64,000 bases of DNA, taken from positions 1,504,001-1,568,000 of the forward strand of contig OZ244034.1 of NCBI GenBank assembly GCA_965215185.1. Reading direction: 5' to 3'. The notes below the pieces were generated by a model. That model was given only the letters and a program-made list of their open reading frames with translations. It was not told the DNA's origin and did not search any database. This document shows, piece by piece, positions 59,381-64,000 of this stretch (position 1 is the first letter of the stretch; each line of letters starts with the position of its first letter). The DNA comes from Acidimicrobiia bacterium (GTDB lineage Bacteria > Actinomycetota > Acidimicrobiia > Spongiisociales > ZC4RG35). The translations under genes were made by a program, and so were the position numbers.

Positions 59381-60082
59381 ATGGCCGAGTCCCTCCCGCA
59401 ACGAGCCGAGCCTCCTTCTTCAGAGCGAACGCGGGTACGCCGCGGCGCCGACCGGGCTCGCTACAACCAATCCGATGTGTTGGAAATCCTCGATGCCGGG
59501 CTCATCGCCCACGTCGGAGTATCCACCCCCGACGGGCCGCTGGTGCTGCCCATGGTCTACGGACGCGACGATGATCGGCTCTACCTCCACGGCGCCTTGG
59601 CCAACCATCTGCTCGGCTCGGGTGACGGCCAAGAGGTATGCGTCACCGTCACCCATCTCGATGGGCTGGTGATGGCGCGGACCCCTTTCCATAATTCGAT
59701 GAACTACCGATCGGCGGTGGTGAGGGGCCGGGCCCGGCGCATCGTCGACGATCAGCACAAACTAGCGGCGCTAAAGCTGATCACCGACCACGTGGTCGCC
59801 AATTGGGACACCAGCCGCCCACCATCACAGTCCGACCTTCGCAAGACCTTGGTCTTGGAGTTGCCCTTAGAAGAGGCATCGGCCAAAATCCGCCGGGGCG
59901 ATCCGAAAGACGAACCCGATGACATAGCCGGTCCGTGGTGGGCTGGATTGGTACCCGTCACCACCCGCTTCGAGCCTCCGGTCACCTCTTCCGATTTCGT
60001 CGGCGACACCGGGCCCCCGGCGCCGATTGTGGTTCTGTCGGGCCTCACCCCCGACGAGCGCCTACGCCCCGGGCCCGGGTAG
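59381..60082 (+). CDS. Pyridoxamine 5'-phosphate oxidase-family flavin-binding protein (NimA-like)
   Basis: RARY, ILDAGLIAHVG, LYLHG, DGLVMAR...SMNYRSAVV, SAKIRRG. Confidence 0.9.
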   Translation: MAESLPQRAEPPSSERTRVRRGADRARYNQSDVLEILDAGLIAHVGVSTPDGPLVLPMVYGRDDDRLYLHGALANHLLGSGDGQEVCVTVTHLDGLVMARTPFHNSMNYRSAVVRGRARRIVDDQHKLAALKLITDHVVANWDTSRPPSQSDLRKTLVLELPLEEASAKIRRGDPKDEPDDIAGPWWAGLVPVTTRFEPPVTSSDFVGDTGPPAPIVVLSGLTPDERLRPGPG

Positions 60083-60183
60083 CCAGCGCAGCCCAAAGGG
60101 AACCGGCGCCAAACTTAGGCGACTTGCGGTGTTTAGTGGAGGTGCAGAACAGAAGACCTTGCCGTGAGGTGGGGAAAGCGGTG

Positions 60184-61269
60184 CTATCCGGTGTTGCGCT
60201 GACCGGCGCACCCATCTTGTCTGTGGCGATTAACTTTGTCGCCGATCCAATCCCCAACTCCACCAGAGAACACATTCGCCACAATGACCGTTGTTGCGCC
60301 CGCCAACACCAAAGTTTGGTTGCCAACTTCGATGGTGGTGAAAAGCCATAACCACAACAGCGAGAACAATGTTTGCACGTAGATCAGGTTGTTGACCGAC
60401 AGGCTTTGTGTGAGCAGATTGGCCTTGATGAACAGCATGTTGGAGGGAAACATGACCACCAGGCCGCACAAGACGGCTGTTGTGAAACCCGTTGAAGACA
60501 TCCGCCATCCGCTCATCGCGGCTATGCCCGCGACAAGAGGCAGGGACAGCAGGTTTCCAACTCCATAGGCGACCATCACCAACCCCGACTCTGCTCGCAT
60601 TCCGCTCTCGCCTGCCTCTTTGGCCAGGTCTGCGCCCCACCTGAAGCTCTTTGCCGTCAACACCCCGCCCGTGGTAGTTAAGGCCGCCAAGCAAACACCC
60701 ACCAGTGTCTGCGAAAACGAACCCTGCATATTGACCGCAGTGGCGCCGCCCCATATAGCCGCCCCCATCCCACAAAAGGCCAACGTCAATACGGCTATGT
60801 TCCCCGCGGTTGGCCTCCGATATCGACCCCGGCTTCCGATGGCGCGGTCTTGTCGGCCCATGAGCAACACAAAGAGCGCGGGGAATGCTCCGACAATGAT
60901 CGCAGACACTACGGTGTCTACGAACTGGGTGGACCACACGAAAAACACCAAGCTGACATGGGAGTACGTCGACGCCAATATCAGCAACGCCGATCGCTGC
61001 TGCTTCTTGGTCTCCGTCGGGTCGCCGGCAAATCGCCACCACACAAACCAGCCAAATGCCCGCCTCAGCACTAACGTCACCACACCCCGCTGCCGCAATT
61101 CCGGGTAAAGCAATCCCAGGAAAAGGGTTGTCGACACTACCTTGCCCAACAGCGCGCCGACATGAAACCCCCAAGGGCTATCACCCGCCCCCATGCTCAC
61201 ATCCACCACCAGCGGATAGGTGGAGGCTATGAGCACGCAACCCAGCATCAGTTTTGTCGGACTTGCCAA
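60184..61269 (-). CDS. EamA/DMT-family membrane protein
   Basis: About 10 hydrophobic helices in two repeats; TTG start. Confidence 0.7.
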   Translation of the reverse strand: MASPTKLMLGCVLIASTYPLVVDVSMGAGDSPWGFHVGALLGKVVSTTLFLGLLYPELRQRGVVTLVLRRAFGWFVWWRFAGDPTETKKQQRSALLILASTYSHVSLVFFVWSTQFVDTVVSAIIVGAFPALFVLLMGRQDRAIGSRGRYRRPTAGNIAVLTLAFCGMGAAIWGGATAVNMQGSFSQTLVGVCLAALTTTGGVLTAKSFRWGADLAKEAGESGMRAESGLVMVAYGVGNLLSLPLVAGIAAMSGWRMSSTGFTTAVLCGLVVMFPSNMLFIKANLLTQSLSVNNLIYVQTLFSLLWLWLFTTIEVGNQTLVLAGATTVIVANVFSGGVGDWIGDKVNRHRQDGCAGQRNTG

Positions 61270-61420
61270 GACTCATCGAACACTACTGGGATAATCCAAA
61301 GACTCGCCCAGGCGGAGCCCTGCCGTTAAGTCCTTATATCACCCCCGGCAACCTATTCAATTTCGACGGGAACAAGACAGCAAGCGCCGCTCCGCCCAGA
61401 TAAAACGCGAGATTTGCCGA

Positions 61421-62410
61421 CTAGTTTTCTCCGCTGCTCTGAGTGTGCTGCATAATCACCTTCCTGTGCGGGACGGGTATCTCTATTCCTGCAGCGTCCA
61501 GGGCCTCCTTGATTCGTAGGCGTAGCTCACGTTCGGTTCTCCACTGCAGAGATGGCTTGGTTTTGGCCCTCACTCGTATGAAGATGCCAGATTCCCCCAA
61601 CTCTTGAACGCCTTTGACTTCGGGCGGTTCGGACAGTTCGTCCCCGCCCCATTCGGGGTCTTCCCACATTTCTTTGCCAGCTTGGAGGATTACTGCCATC
61701 GCCTCGCGCAGATCGCAGTTGTATGAGACTTCTATATCCACCTGCGCTCGAGCCCACAACTGGGAATAATTCGCTACAAAATCGATTTTGCCGTTGGGAA
61801 CATTCCAGACGACACCCTGACGGGTGCGGATCGAGGTGGACCTCAACGTTACTTTCTCGACAGTTCCTCGGCCTTTTCCGAAATCTATGTCATCCCCGAC
61901 ACTGTATATGTCCTCAATCATCATGAACACACCGCTCAAAAAGTCTCTAACAGCCGATTGGGCCCCGAAACCTATGGCGACGCCGACGATACCGGCACCG
62001 GCGATAAGTGGACCCAAATTGATGTTGAGTTCGCCTAGAACCAGCAGCCCTGTCAGTACCCAAATGATGATCAGGGCCACGCTGCGAAGCACCACGGCCA
62101 GAGTCTCAGCTCTTCCCTTGGCTCGTAGCTTTACCGCTTCAATCGAGACGGAGGGGTCGCGTCCCACATCCCGAAGCTCCGGCCTGTTTATCCGGTCAGT
62201 GAAATGGCCGATAGCCCGCTTGACGATACGAGAAACCAGCCATCCGCCCAGCAATATCAACAGCACCGTCAACCCGGGTTGTACAAGCCAGGTGGCTATA
62301 TTGGCCAGCATCCTGTTGTCAGACCACTCGTAAACCTTTTCACATACCAGGTTCGCTTGTTCGCCGCACACCGCTGGAACGGTGCTGACTTGCTGGGCTA
62401 AGAGGATCAT
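61421..62410 (-). CDS. Small-conductance mechanosensitive channel (MscS family)
   Basis: AGAGIVGVAIGFGAQ...DFLSG, GTVEKVTLRST, VPNG, GIEIP. Confidence 0.93.
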   Translation of the reverse strand: MILLAQQVSTVPAVCGEQANLVCEKVYEWSDNRMLANIATWLVQPGLTVLLILLGGWLVSRIVKRAIGHFTDRINRPELRDVGRDPSVSIEAVKLRAKGRAETLAVVLRSVALIIIWVLTGLLVLGELNINLGPLIAGAGIVGVAIGFGAQSAVRDFLSGVFMMIEDIYSVGDDIDFGKGRGTVEKVTLRSTSIRTRQGVVWNVPNGKIDFVANYSQLWARAQVDIEVSYNCDLREAMAVILQAGKEMWEDPEWGGDELSEPPEVKGVQELGESGIFIRVRAKTKPSLQWRTERELRLRIKEALDAAGIEIPVPHRKVIMQHTQSSGEN

Positions 62411-62739
62411 CCGGACACACCTGCGCTTGGATCTAGGAAGGAAACCCGGACGGGAGTCTAGTGGTTTGCCTGTTAATAGGGCAGGTAAACAATCGCGCGA
62501 AACCCCTAGTGCACATGCCCTTTCCCTTCTGCGGACCGTATCGATTGTTTAGGCGACACCACTTGTCAACAGCTACCAAGGCATTCCCTACGGCCCTCCT
62601 GTTCTGACGCAACAGGTCCCGCTGACGGCACCGCCTCCTCCGGCAAACGCCGAAAGCGGGTTGACATCGGGTGCCACCTATTTCTTCTGCGACTTTATTG
62701 CGTCCCATACCACGCGGTCAATGTGCCGACCAAGACGGC

Positions 62740-62990
62740 CCGGAAGACGCTCAACGAATCGCAGATTGGGCTTTCACGGGTGGAGGTCTGCGCCAGGTTG
62801 TCCATACCCCACTACCAAGGCAAGGCCGAGGCGCCGGAGGTGACCCACGATCCCATCCCAGACTCGCAGGCGCCGAGAGCGGCGTCGTGATCTTTCAATA
62901 TTCTGAGCAGCGCCGCCGAGGCCTGGACCGGAGTAAGGTAATGCGTTGTGGGTCGCAACCCCAATCCCCTCTGGTTCGACGATTACCGGG
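62740..62990 (+). pseudogene. Possible heavily decayed amidohydrolase 3' remnant
   Basis: Frame-switching fragments EDAQRIAD, IGLSRV, (Y)PHYQGKAE, RSKVMR resemble an Amidohydro_2 C-terminus; by-eye match only. Confidence 0.25.
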
Positions 62991-63087
62991 GCCCCGTTCT
63001 GTTCAATAGAGCGGGCCTCTTCGGCCACCCTCGTGTGAAGAGAGAGCGGTCGGCAGCACCGTCCCCGTACCTGGATAGGCGGGCGGC

Positions 63088-63798
63088 GTGATCGACAAAC
63101 GGGCAGGTAACCCGCGGCAGGCCCTAGCGGGCGTCAGCGACGGTGACACCATCATGATCGGCGGCTTCGGTGAATCCGGCAGCCCGATCGAGCTCATTCA
63201 CGCCTTGATTGATCACGGAGCCACCAACCTCACAGTGGTGAGCAACAACTCCGGCAACGGCGAGGTGGGGATAGCCGCTCTCATTCGAGCCGGTCGGGTC
63301 GCCAAGGTGACCTGCTCGTTTCCGCGCAGTTCGCATTCCACCGTGTTCCCGGACTTTTACCGCTCCGGCCGGATCGAACTCGAACTGGTGCCTCAGGGCA
63401 CGCTTGCCGAGCGGATCAGAGCAGGGGGCGCCGGCATCCCCGCCTTCTACACGCCGACCGCGGCTCGAACCGACCTGGCAGCGGGCAAAGAGAGCCGGGA
63501 GTTCAATGGGCGGCTTTGCCTCCTCGAGCATGGGCTAATTGCAGACTGGACCCTGATCAAGGCCCATACTGCCGACTGGCACGGCAACCTTATCTACAAC
63601 AAGACCGCCAGAAACTTCTCTCCGCTCATGGCCATGGCCGGCAAGACCACGGTTGTGCAGGCAACCTCCGTAGTCGAGCCGGGCATGCTGGACCCCGAGA
63701 CGGTGATCACACCGGGCATCTTCGTCGACCACGTAGTGCATGTGCCGAATCCTCAGCACGAGTCAGAACTGGTCACCCAAGGCGCCTGCTACCCATGA
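63088..63798 (+). CDS. pcaI: 3-oxoacid CoA-transferase subunit A
   Basis: MIGGFG, VSNNSG, CSFPR, PQGTLAERIRAGGAGIPAFYTPT, TPGIFVD. Confidence 0.92.
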   Translation: MIDKRAGNPRQALAGVSDGDTIMIGGFGESGSPIELIHALIDHGATNLTVVSNNSGNGEVGIAALIRAGRVAKVTCSFPRSSHSTVFPDFYRSGRIELELVPQGTLAERIRAGGAGIPAFYTPTAARTDLAAGKESREFNGRLCLLEHGLIADWTLIKAHTADWHGNLIYNKTARNFSPLMAMAGKTTVVQATSVVEPGMLDPETVITPGIFVDHVVHVPNPQHESELVTQGACYP

Positions 63799-64000
63799 GC
63801 GTGACGGTGAAGGGATTGACAAAGGAGCAGATTGCCCGGCGCGCCGCGCTGGACATCGCTGACGGCTCCTACGTCAACCTGGGGATCGGCATGCCCGAGT
63901 TAATCGCCCAGTTCATCCCAGCTGACCGCCAGATCGTGCTGCACACCGAAAACGGGCTGCTAGGAATGGGCCCGGCGCCAGCGCCCGGACACGGTGACCC
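63795..64000 (+). CDS. pcaJ: 3-oxoacid CoA-transferase subunit B (5' part)
   Basis: Hand translation MSVTVKGLTKEQIARRAALDIADGSYVNLGIGMPE...HTENGLLGMGP; ATG overlaps the pcaI stop. Confidence 0.92.
   Translation, partial: MSVTVKGLTKEQIARRAALDIADGSYVNLGIGMPELIAQFIPADRQIVLHTENGLLGMGPAPAPGHGD

Overview
High-GC bacterial chromosome segment. Gene order, the alpha2-type glycyl-tRNA ligase, a CGAAC-N4-GTTCG LexA box and the tRNA-Sec type point to Actinomycetota, probably Acidimicrobiia-like (inference). Positions 1-37 kb are mostly core genes: atp operon, glyA, ftsY-smc-mutM-rnc-plsX-rpmF-coaD-rsmD-recG, rpmB, ppc, nucleoside salvage, etfBA, amt, and recO-uppS-glyQS-dnaG followed by an unusually divergent sigma70. 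After tRNA-Sec comes an accessory stretch: gene fragments, a phosphotriesterase-family gene, a decayed IS3 element with doubled nested inverted repeats, a PhyH dioxygenase and a two-gene molybdoenzyme. Then rdgB-rph, an LprG/P55-like pair and assorted metabolic genes. The standout is a 1404-bp element at 52143-53546. It carries only a TnpB RNA-guided nuclease gene but is bounded by perfect 23-bp terminal inverted repeats and an exact 8-bp target-site duplication (TAATCGAA). These are DDE-type (IS1595-like) ends, not IS200/IS605 or IS607 ends, and the predicted omegaRNA scaffold folds into the right inverted repeat. No CRISPR array or rRNA was seen.
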